Assembly (NCBI GenBank): GCA_965655095.1
Contig: CBFHFQ010000233.1
Span: 1 to 64,000 of the forward strand
Length of the DNA stretch: 64,000 bases
Origin: Haplodiscus bocki
Taxonomy: Eukaryota
Direction of reading: 5' to 3'
Shown here: in pieces, positions 14,501 through 24,950 of the stretch
Position numbering within the stretch: position 1 is the stretch's first letter
Layout of the letters: each line of letters opens with the position of its first letter
The notes under the pieces: model-generated
Databases searched by the model: none
The model's input: the letters and a program-made list of their open reading frames with translations, nothing else
Told to the model about the DNA's origin: nothing
Position numbers and translations under genes: made by a program

Positions 14501-14750
14501 AGGAATCTGATTCTTAGATTGAGGAATCAGATATTTTATTTACCAGCTACATGCAGGACGATGAAAAACACAAATGACGCCAGTGAAACGATAAAAAAAC
14601 AACCATGCAGTACAACAAAGTGGATACTTCGAATGAACATTGCGTTCTTGGTTGTAGAGGCCAAAACTCATCAATTGCACTCTTCCCTCCAGTTTAGGAG
14701 GGAATGTAGAGAAGTTGATAACCTAATAATCTTTGTAACAGCTCAGCTTT
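11540..14750 (+). mobile_element. degraded, internally deleted Ty3/gypsy retrotransposon
   Basis: Gag remnants (~11720-12440) including a decayed zinc knuckle CWICGAADW...KKGH*A; RNase H remnant ~12736-12950 (IDTSIENLGPIFQEKQPGELK*ITFAGR...AEETYAYIE...LHLYGK vs consensus DAS..GLGA.L.Q....IAFASR...AE..Y...ELE...LYG); PPT AGGAGGGAA 14696-14704 followed by TG. Boundaries approximate. Confidence 0.7.
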
Positions 14751-14927
14751 AGGTAATTTTTTTTCGAAATTATGTATCAACTCTTTCTGATGATCTCTAT
14801 AGTATAAAGTATGCCGACAAGTTGTACGTTGTTTTAAGTAGAAAAGATCACTCATATGAAAGTATTCAACGACTAATTCTTTTGTAATAATGCAACATTC
14901 CTATTCGCAACATGTTTTTCTTTTAAA

Positions 14928-15125
14928 AAAACTAGATTTTTTTCATTGAAAGCATATAACGACTCATGTCAAATAGAAGATTCTTTCGCTGTTGAACAGT
15001 GAGAGAATCGAAACCAAATATGGAGAGTGTACTGCTGGTTTTAATTCAGTGATATGGTGAGCGAAAGTTCAGCATGTTTGAAAGCTGATTTCTCAAAGCA
15101 CAGCAATTTTATAAGAACGCAATAA
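14928..15125 (+). pseudogene. probable degenerate last globin exon (G/H helices)
   Basis: KTRFFSLKAYNDSCQIEDSFAVEQ*ENRNQIWRVYCWF*FSDMVSE... resembles G/H helices with a Trp near H8; in-frame stops at 15000-15002 and 15042-15044; polypyrimidine tract upstream but no in-phase AG acceptor. Confidence 0.4.
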
Positions 15126-15641
15126 CAGCTGAAGTCTCCAAGTCTTTTTATAGAAGTTTATTCGTGTTTTTTTATTAGACCAAGAATTAAAAAGTTATAG
15201 TTACCCTAAAATGGGCCAATTTCGGCCAAATTTGAGGTTTCTATCAAATCTCATCATCTACGCAGGATACATAAAAATTCCGGAACAATTTTTTTAGCTA
15301 TGAATCTCGCCTTGAACATCTCATAATAAGGATTTTTTGAGAAAAAATCATTTGAAAATTTCACGGTTATGAAAGAATATTCTATGCTATGCAATATTCT
15401 AATGCAAGTGAATCGCATTTTAGACACCTTTAAAAACCTTTAGTTTCTAAAGCGTTAAATTATTTCACCAAGTTCAAAAACATGCGGTCGGGGATTTCTT
15501 GGTGGACCTAACTAATGGAAAAAATGCAATTAGCATGAATTAACTCCTAAAATAATGGAAAAAGAGAAAAATGGTGAGAGAGTCTAAAAATGTAATTCTG
15601 AAACTCCTTGAATCTTGGTCTGATATGCATAATGTAGAAAC

Positions 15642-16020
15642 TAGTGTTTGGCGGTTAACCGGACCGAACCGACGTTCAAAATCAAAACCGACAATTTAAG
15701 TTTTTAATAGGTGAAGCAGCGATAGTCGAAATTGGCTAATTTTTAGAGACTAATCCCAATCACCCAGTGACAATTACTCATAGCCATTGAAGAAGGATGG
15801 AAGTTTATCTCGTAGAAAAAATTGATGCTTCACAGCGAAGCAATCTCACTTTGGAAAGCCGCAGGTTGCAGGTTAATGCTTGCTACAAAGAAAAAAGTTC
15901 TGCAAGGATAAAAATTTTTGTTCCAACTCCTGAAACTGAATTGAACCGATACCGAACCGATTTTTTCAGAAACCGAACCGAACCGAACCGAAAAGATTTT
16001 TCCCGAACCGCCGAACACCA
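15642..16020. mobile_element. hAT-superfamily MITE
   Basis: 15-bp imperfect TIRs TAGTGTTTGGCGGTT / AACCGCCGAACACCA; perfect 8-bp TSD GTAGAAAC (15634-15641, 16021-16028); subterminal AACCG repeats. Confidence 0.92.
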
Positions 16021-16649
16021 GTAGAAACTTTCTTAAAATTATTGAAATTCTACGAGACTTTTGCTTTTACCACTTTTTTCTAAACCTCTTACTTTATGAG
16101 TTTTTGACCCTTACAAAGGCCCATTTTTGCTCAGAAGTTCACCTAATTAAAATCGATACTGTATAATCTATGAAAATCCTGATACCGTATTTTGAGTTGG
16201 TTGAAAGAAAACCTTAAAGCCACAGACTCAAATGTCAACAGTTTATTGGAAAATAATATGCGTTATGTATCGTACTGATGGTTATAGGCATTGCAGTTAT
16301 GGTGGAAAAAGGACAAATACAATGGAAAAGTAGGAAAAAAATCAATTAATGCCCCAATTTGGTACAGAAGCTTTACACGGGATGACAATTGAATTCTGTA
16401 TTGACGAAACTTTTCAGTGTTTATGTTCTACTACACAACGATGCAAAATAATCACCGTAGCCGTTAAATGCAGTTTTGGCCATAATGCCAACAATTCTTG
16501 TCCTAATCAAATGAATATTTTTATAGTTTCAAGGTTAATTTGCTATCCTGAATAGTAAATTAAAAGCTAATTTGGCCTGTTGGTTTATCGAAAAATTCAC
16601 TCCAGGGGTTCAACTGGGGATTGTTTAGTGAGGGAAATTGGAAATTTAC

Positions 16650-19600
16650 CGAAGGAATGTATCGGTGAAAGTCAAATTTGTTTGCAAACACTGCTGCCCA
16701 TGAATGGCGGAATCGGGTTCCTATTTCCGGACCCAACAATTCTTCTAGTCTAACCTAGTGAAACCATTCCAGGCTAAAACAATTAAGAAATAATTTTTGG
16801 GTAAAAGGGTTATTTTCAGAAAACTTAGAAGAGTCCTAAACAAAATATCATTCAGCATTTCTTGTTGTTTTCAAACTTGGTTGTTTTGTATCATCTGCAA
16901 GAAAATCAATTTTTTAAATGCAGAGTGAAAATATTCGTGAATACAACTTTCACAATTATTTTTTCAATTGCCATTGTAGTGGTGTTCCAATATCAATTTG
17001 TTATTTATTTTTTAATGAAATTTTGTCAAATTTGACTTTTCAATATAAATTTTGGTTGAAAATTTTTCACGGTCTTTAGTTTGGTATCACACTGCCGTAG
17101 ATATTGATCTCAGTCAAGAAAAAGTTTTGCAATTTGCTTCAGGATTTCGAGAGTTGCTTCCTCGACGTGGTTGAATACATTCTGGAAGACAGGTACAATG
17201 ACAAAGTGCGGGGTATTTACTGGAAGTTTTGGCCATTCTGTTTCAGCAAGATGTTTCCAGCCATTTGACAGTCTTTTAGAAATTTATTTTGAAACAGCAG
17301 CTCCACAAAGCAACGGACGCAGTGACGACGGTGCATTCAATCCAATTAATTTGATCTATATCCTTCCAGTTTATGTATTGGTTATAACTGAAATTTAATC
17401 GGACTCATTCATATCAATTGACTACATTCATGTTAAAACAGAATTTGCAGTAGAGATTTCGATGTCTTCAATAATTTCTATTTAGTATTTGTAGTTTTGA
17501 GTATCTTGTGTTAACGTCTTCTTGCTGAAGATATAGTAGACCAATTAGTTCAATGCTATAAAGTTTTAATTGGGTCTCCAATACACAAATGTTGGCACCT
17601 CAGGTTTCGTCATTCCCGTACTGTTGCGGTCATTCGACAGTAATTGTCATTTTTAGCTGTCTTTTTGGAATCGAATTATTTAGTGTCGAAAGTTGCACCA
17701 AAACTAATTAGACGCGAAAATATTAACATTGAATAGTTTTGTATAAGGTGCAAAAATTTATTTGAGATTCAAAAACGTCTCATACTAATTGCCTAAATCC
17801 AGTGCCAATTAGCTCTAATTATAATGCAGAAGTAAAGTAGGACCAGCCAACAACGTTAAATACCATTCCCAAACAATTTTCGGCCAGTTTTTAAAAAGTA
17901 GAAACGGCAGCCAGCCTTGTCAGCTCCGAAATCAACTGGCTGTGCCTGAGTTGTTCCGTTTTTGATTTAGATATATTGATACCTGCCTTGAGGAAAAGAT
18001 TCAACAATAGAAGCAGCGGTACTGCGATGTATCCATCAAAGGGGATAGAAATAATTGATCGAACATACAACAAAAGTTTGTCACAACATTTTTCACTAAA
18101 TAGAAGGGTGTCGACTGAGAGTTTCTCGGGCGAAATCAAGCCGAGAGCTTTCAAAACAATGAGTTTGATCATGGACAAAATAATAGCAACAATTCGATTA
18201 CTCGACATAATCAGAGAAATTCAATTCGAAGACCCCTTTACAAAGAAAACGCTGTCAATTAATTCCTCATTGCAAAAGTTCATTTTTTTTCTTTCGCAGG
18301 AACTTGAGTTTGATAACCGAAATGTGTCATTGTTAATAACGTTTTTGGCCTTTTCGACTTTTCAGGAGTCAATGATGATTGCTCACTTGAAAAGTCCTCC
18401 TCGAAAAAAGGGTTAACGACAGAGACGGTGAAGAAGGATTTGAACATTTTGTTCTGAAGAAAAATGAATTAAAACATAAAGCGAAATCAAAACGTTTTGC
18501 TCTTTTTGGCATGCGGGTATAATAGAACCAGTTGTTTCAGCAAAAAACATATACAAGGTCTACTTACTTGTTATCTTTCATTTTTAATCATTACAATACA
18601 CTTTTACACATTGATTTATAAGTTTAATTGAGTTATTTGGAAATTCTTAAAAGTTTCAAAAAGATCCAAGAAGTTTTCCAGAAACATTTTTTTAATTAGG
18701 TCAGAAAAAATAGACCTTTTGAGAACAACGATCGATTAAAAAACATGAATTTTACCGCAATAACCATGTTCTTTTGCTTTTCACAATTGAGGGGATTGAA
18801 AACAAAAGTCGGAAAGTTGATAACAAAAATGTTCGTACAGAGAAGCAAACCCACTACCTGTGAGCTACCTAGCGGCGCTGTCACCACACGAAAGTAAAAG
18901 ACAATATTTTTATATGTATTTGACCGCGGAGTCAAGAGTTTGTTATTTGTACAAAATTATACAAACTTTATCAAAACGTGTGATTTTTTTTCAGGCGTTT
19001 TCCGATTTTTTTTGAAAAAAACTTGAAACTTAAGCCGGAATACTGGACAATGTCCAAAAAATCCATTTTCCTAAATTTTTCCTCATGAAAAAATCTTGCG
19101 AATAAACCTCTAAGCGACAATAAAACAAGCAAAACCTCTGTGAAGTTGATAAAAACTCAAAAAGGCGAAAAAATGATTCGTGGTAGCGGCATTGAACTTG
19201 GAATTGTTATTCACAGCTGATCTTTCGCGAATTAGCACTACTTTAAAGAAGTCACGTGGGATGTCGATAAACTGACGCGAGAAGTTACTTTGGTGAGAAA
19301 AGTTACACAGAACTAACAAATGAGCAGAGGAGAATTTAACGAATTACTTTAGGCCGGTATTGTCGAAACTGCGCTCTACTTGTCCAGGGGAACATATTGA
19401 GTTATTCCTTCACTTTTTTGGACTTTCAGTAAAAACTTTCCAGCTAGGTCATCAAAACGGCATTCTACATGACCAGTGGAACATTTTGAGCTACCATAAC
19501 TTTTTTTGAAAATTGCAGTACGCAGCCAGATCTGGAAAACCAGCGGAAAAAGGTCTACTTACTGAAGGAATGTTTTTCCTTTCGAGATATATTACGACGG

Positions 19601-20116
19601 AAAAAAATTCTGTCTGATTTTTACCTCGTGATCCGTAGATAGAACACTTTTTCAACAAGACAAAGTGATAATCGGTGTAATGCTTCAGAAAGTTTCATAC
19701 ACTTGCTGTCCATCAGATTTGGACACCTGCCACGTTCGTTGGAAGGTACAGGAAGGACGCTCGACTTGATAGACATGGTGTCTATTGGATTTTGGATTTG
19801 ACGATTAGAACTGAATTCTAAATTCCATCGAAGTGCTTTTTTTACGTCAACCCATTTTGCCCTGAGCTTTAGAATTTGTACTTCGGTCAGAGAACTAACA
19901 AGCATGTTTTTCTCAAGATTTATTTTTTGGAGTAACTTTTCAGTTTTTAGTTTTGCCTGTTAATTCGCTGCGTTGGCGATTTCATTCAATAGACTCATGA
20001 GATGATTTGATAGTACAGGGAGAGTTATCTTCAATAACGAGTTCGACATTCCAAAGTTTTCTTGCCGGGTAGTATTTTTTAACTTGGTTGTTGTCTCGAA
20101 ATCTTGAAATGGATGA
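16650..20116 (-). pseudogene. possible decayed multi-exon gene of unknown family
   Basis: AG/GT-bounded segments on minus: 20116-19625 (one in-frame stop at 19962-19960), a phase-compatible acceptor at 17387 (YNQYINWKDIDQINWIEC..., then stops), and 16754-16650 (VRLEELLGPEIGTRFRHSWAAVFANKFDFHRYIPS). No recognisable domain. Confidence 0.3.
19362..19490. repeat. two degenerate ~87-bp-period tandem units
   Basis: AAACTGCGCTCTACTTGTCCAGGGGAACATATTGAG and AAACGGCATTCTACATGACCAGTGGAACATTTTGAG. Confidence 0.6.
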
Positions 20117-21204
20117 CTGTATGAAAAAAAAACAATAAGATCTTCTCACTGCACATTATCTAAACTTTTTTTAAATTCCTGAGCTCCCTCGTTTCTTCGA
20201 CATTTGTAGTTGGCTATTTTGACTAATAATGAAGAACTTTCATGAATACTTGTATACACCAAGGGAAAATGCTTGTAAAACATTTTTTGAAAACACCAAT
20301 ATTGAAACTAATCATGATATTTCCCATGATTCGGAAATACCCAAAAACTCCAAAAAAAAGCGAAAATCAAATATTTTCATAAAAGTTGATTTTGAAATAG
20401 CAGGTGTTGAAAAAAACTTTTATTAGCGGCGAAATTTGCGGACAAAACTTTTCGGCAATTTTTTCATTCCAGTTTTGATATTAAGTTTTGAATACATACA
20501 CCCTAAAAGCTTTTGTATATTCATTGAAATATTGCATTTTTCTTAAGTATTCAATGGCAAATTGGGAAAGCAGAATGTTGAAAAATAAATACTAATTAAG
20601 TAGAAAGTTGATTGAGCTAGAACTTTTATTAACAATATTTTCGGTTTCTAATAATTTCTGCTAACAACTCGATCCTTAATAAAATCACGTTCCTTTTTGA
20701 TGCAGAATATTATTCAAATCTTTTTCATTTGAAAGAATTCGACGCTGCATAGCATTCCGCCGTCCTTTATGTAAGCATATGCGAAGACTATGACGAAGAC
20801 TTTGTGGCCGTTGAAATGATTGTTCAATCCAAATGATATGTGGCCATGTTTCAGGGCCAAGTTTTTCTTCTGTCTGTGATAAACATGATGAAATTTTTCA
20901 AAGCCCGTTGCCAAAAAGAAGATGGAGCTAGGTCGGCTCCGGGTACCAGCGACTACAGATTGGATTCGGCCACACTATTTGTCGAGTTTCCACTCATGAT
21001 ACTTCGCCATCGTCAAAAGGGTAGCAGTAGAAGTCATCGATGGATAGTCGATGCTCCATCATCGATGCCAATCAAGTGGAAGTCAACACGAGAAATCATG
21101 GTTTTTATCGTTTACCAGGAATAATAAAGCTATATTAGCTGAATGGTGAAACTGCTTGAACAGAACGAATAGCTTGAACAGAAGAAGTTGATCCCAAGCT
21201 GGTG

Positions 21205-21404
21205 NNNNNNNNNNNNNNNNNNNNNNNNNNNNNNNNNNNNNNNNNNNNNNNNNNNNNNNNNNNNNNNNNNNNNNNNNNNNNNNNNNNNNNNNNNNNNNNN
21301 NNNNNNNNNNNNNNNNNNNNNNNNNNNNNNNNNNNNNNNNNNNNNNNNNNNNNNNNNNNNNNNNNNNNNNNNNNNNNNNNNNNNNNNNNNNNNNNNNNNN
21401 NNNN
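21205..21404. other. assembly gap (200 N)
   Basis: run of N. Confidence 1.
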
Positions 21405-21798
21405 CAGAAAATTCCGTAGAACATACAATGCGATAATATATAGTTCTTTGGTACTTAGTGACAAGTCGCTTTTACATTGACTGTTTTTTTTAAACTCTAT
21501 GCCATAAGGTCCAACATTCCACAAGTACACAGAAAGTTTTTTAAGCTATGGGTGCGGGTTCGAGGCTTTCTTACATTTTCAAAACATTCAAGAGTCGGAA
21601 ACTTTGAAACAGCATTCATATGCCCACTTTTCTTTGTGTCAGAAACTTTCCAAAATAATTACTGAAATTTTTTGATAAACTGACTATATCTGGAAGTCTG
21701 GTGAGAATCCTTACATTTTAGGGTAGTATGGTCGGTAGTGTCAATTTGAGTGTTCCAGCTAAATGTTTTTGAAGTATACTGTAATTGCCTTGAGCCAG

Positions 21799-23520
21799 TG
21801 TCGTGCCGGGTACGTGAGGGGCTAGCGGACGCATTGTCACGTCTCGGACCGGACGCTTCCCTGTTTCCAGCAGAATCCAATTCAGTCCGACCAGCTAACA
21901 GAGCACATAATTCCTTTACTCGTCCGAGGATTGGGTCAGTCGCTTGTTTGATCCGTTTGTCAACCGATCTAGGAGTCAATGCATTGGTGCATGTTTGAAT
22001 ACCTTGAGAGTTCTTTTCTGGTTTTTGCCTTAGTCTTAAATCAATCGTATCAGAGTAACTATCAACTGACTGAGTGGCCCATTTTCATTCGTTGCTCATT
22101 AACTAAGGAAAAAGCTCGTTAATGTTGAAATACTGAATTTAAGCTGAAAGTGTTGTGTATTCATGGTCAGTGTGGTATTGAAGCAAGCAAAATTACAAAT
22201 GTACAAAATACTAAAGTTAGAAGGAGGTTACTGCTAGGCAAAGTTGAGGCGACTAAAACTTTACGAAATTGCAAGAGTTTCGTTTGTAGCAGAGTAACAC
22301 CGGTTGTTTCGTGGTCATTGCTCAATCAAAGTTTTGTTGAAGTTAGTAGCGCGGAGTTGTGGCTTAACCACGGACGCAATTAAGTCACGTGTCTATCTGG
22401 GTGGTTCCCATTGTAGCTCTCATTCACATCTAAACTTCACATTATCAACTGGCACCGATTACTTTTCCGATTTACGCATTTCTAATATCACAATTCCTTT
22501 TAAAATTAAACTATGTGCTTTTGACTGCAAGGGTGATGTGGCGACAGTCTATGCAATTCAATCAAATACTTTTTTCACTACTAAAAGCACTAATTTGAAT
22601 CAATGGCAATCGCTCTGGATGACTGAAGTGAGCTTATGTACGGTTAACTGTAATTGATCATGTTTTCTTAGCACTGCTAAAGTAAATAGTTGAAATAATG
22701 CAGGCAATACATCTAGCACACCTTAAAGCTATTCTCGCGCCTATTTATATATATAACTGAAGTGAAGTCTGCTAGAGCTCACTCTCAATACTGCACTACC
22801 GCTGCGGTGAATAAAGGACATTCGGGAGTGAACTGTGTCCCGGCTCACTCTCGATGATGAATTTCGATGATGTCCAATTTTGACTGCACTTTGAATGAGT
22901 GTATAATGGCTCGATTTAAACGATAGTTCTTTTGAAAGCTGGTACAAACTGCATTTTTTAAATGAGGTGTATCTCGGCTCACTCTAAACAATAAATTTCA
23001 ATATTGCTTCCACAAACTACCTTGAAGTGATGCATATTGTTCACTTCCGATTGATGAAATTTTTTGTAGGAATGCTATTCAGTAGCACGGCGATGATGTG
23101 TAGTAAAGCTCATTTGTAATCAAGGACTACAATTTACCTGAATATTCTGCGCTTTAGAATGATGCGTGTTGCCCTTCACTCTAATTTATAAAATCGAGGG
23201 AGTGTGATATAGCTTCAGTAGAGTGAGGTGTGCTGCACCTCACTCGCGGATGATTATCTAATTCATGGATTATGTTGCATAGTATGAATAGCATCAAGTG
23301 AGGCGTGATTAGTGTCATTTCCAACTTTTATAAATACTACATAGTCGCGTTCATATCGTTGGGAGAGGAAGTAATATTACATAATGGTTTTTGTATCGAG
23401 TGCATATAATGCTGCATATGGTCGTATGTATTAGGTGATACTAAATAGATGTAGGGGCTTCATAATAAGACATAGCCTAATTGCATAATAAAATTACATA
23501 GTTCGTATTTCAACATGACA
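21799..23520 (-). mobile_element. solo LTR (1722 bp) with Gag-like ORF at its 3' end
   Basis: TGTCGTG...CATGACA termini; perfect 5-bp TSD GCCAG (21794-21798, 23521-23525); minus-strand frame from ATG 22099 (one early stop) runs ...VDKRIKQATDPILGRVKELCALLA...SRTRHD to the LTR edge. Confidence 0.9.
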
Positions 23521-24644
23521 GCCAGCTTCCATCAACACGAAAAATGAGCAATAGATTACCGAGAACGCAATGGCTAAAACAACGAAGAAGGAAAACAAAT
23601 CGGTTCAACCTGCTGCTAAAATATAAATATATTCAGAAAGTTACCAATCAGAAGAACAAATATGAGAACCTACGCGATTTCATTGGAAGCTACAGCAAAT
23701 CAAAAAGTCTAAAATATGCAAGTGGAAATGTAAGCATTTTTTGCCTGAAAGTTATATTTCAGCTAAAGCAGACGAAACAAGCTGACGAGAAAGCTACAAG
23801 AAACTAAGAAAGATTGAGCATGAAAGACGACCTTTTCACACCCAAGACGTTCGCCTCACAGAGAAAAATCGGTTGCTTCAATCTCTTCTGAGCGTTGATG
23901 ATGTAATCTTACGGAATTTATAAGTAAGTGCAGAGGAACTTGAGCAAGTACCTGCCACGACTTTCAAGAATTTATAACTCGATACACTGAAAAGTTAAGT
24001 TAGATGATTTTGTCATTGTATGCGTGAGCTATCTGATACAATTCAAATTCAATTGAGAATTTTCTTCAAGTCGTCTTCTGATTTAGTTAGATACAGCAGC
24101 TAGAAATAACTCGAAATTATTTAAGTATTGTTAAAGCTAGTTCTTCATTGTAAAAACGGAAAGTTCTTACATTTCAAATGCTACCGTTCTCACACTACAG
24201 TTCTCACTATTACGGGTGATTATTTAAAGTTAATGAAACTCAAGACGGGCTATTTGTAAATATATCTGTAACAAATCAGGAGCAACATTATCCAACAACT
24301 TGAAGCAATTAGGTTATCTAGTAGATCTTGACAATCTATATCAAGTTTGCTTAAATGAGCAGAAAATTTTATAGAAAGAAATAAATTCCGAATTGAAATC
24401 AAGTGGAAGCAAAAACGCGGCTTAACAAGCCAGGAACGGAACGCTCAAGGCAGCACTATCCGCTGAGGCCTAAGATCTTTAAGGTGGATGTTATTAAAAT
24501 GGGGGTGTTAGAAACAAGGAGTGGATGGGCGAGCAGACCAGGTGGGGTGGAGGCTCCTCATGGTTTAAGATAGGCTATAATGAAACAACTCGATTCCAAA
24601 ACCGTCCTCCAGCCCAACAGAGAGCTCGCATGTGCTTTGCGGCC

Positions 24645-24950
24645 TAGTATTGCTCAATTCTAACTGGCTGACCAAGTTTTCGGATTTTTATGCTCGATTC
24701 TGATTGGCTGCCGACAACTTTTTGGTTTTCGGTAAAAAATAAACTATTGGGAGGAGATACGTAAACGTCTTTGGCAAGATTTTTGTACAGATTATCGGGT
24801 TTTATATAAAGAATGATATATGATAATGAAGCGACAAGAAATGAAGTTCTATGATTTTTTTCGGCACCATGAGACTTCTTGAAAAACAATTCAATCAATT
24901 TTCTGGCGTTACCGTCCCACCAGCAAAGCATTAAGACAGGCAAAAGCTAT
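24645..24950 (-). repeat. interspersed repeat fragment with repeated GCCA(A/G)T(C/T)AGAAT(C/T)GAGCA motifs
   Basis: two tandem copies of the motif near 24650-24710 on minus; the overlying ORF looks spurious. Confidence 0.4.

Noticed and set aside
17891-18416. 146-aa and 105-aa overlapping ORFs as a transposase
   Set aside because: No catalytic or family motif could be identified with confidence.
21083-21530. ORFs spanning the first N run, and the N-containing parts of ORFs at 42881-43216
   Set aside because: Artefacts of translating through gaps; only the ATPase part left of the second gap is real.
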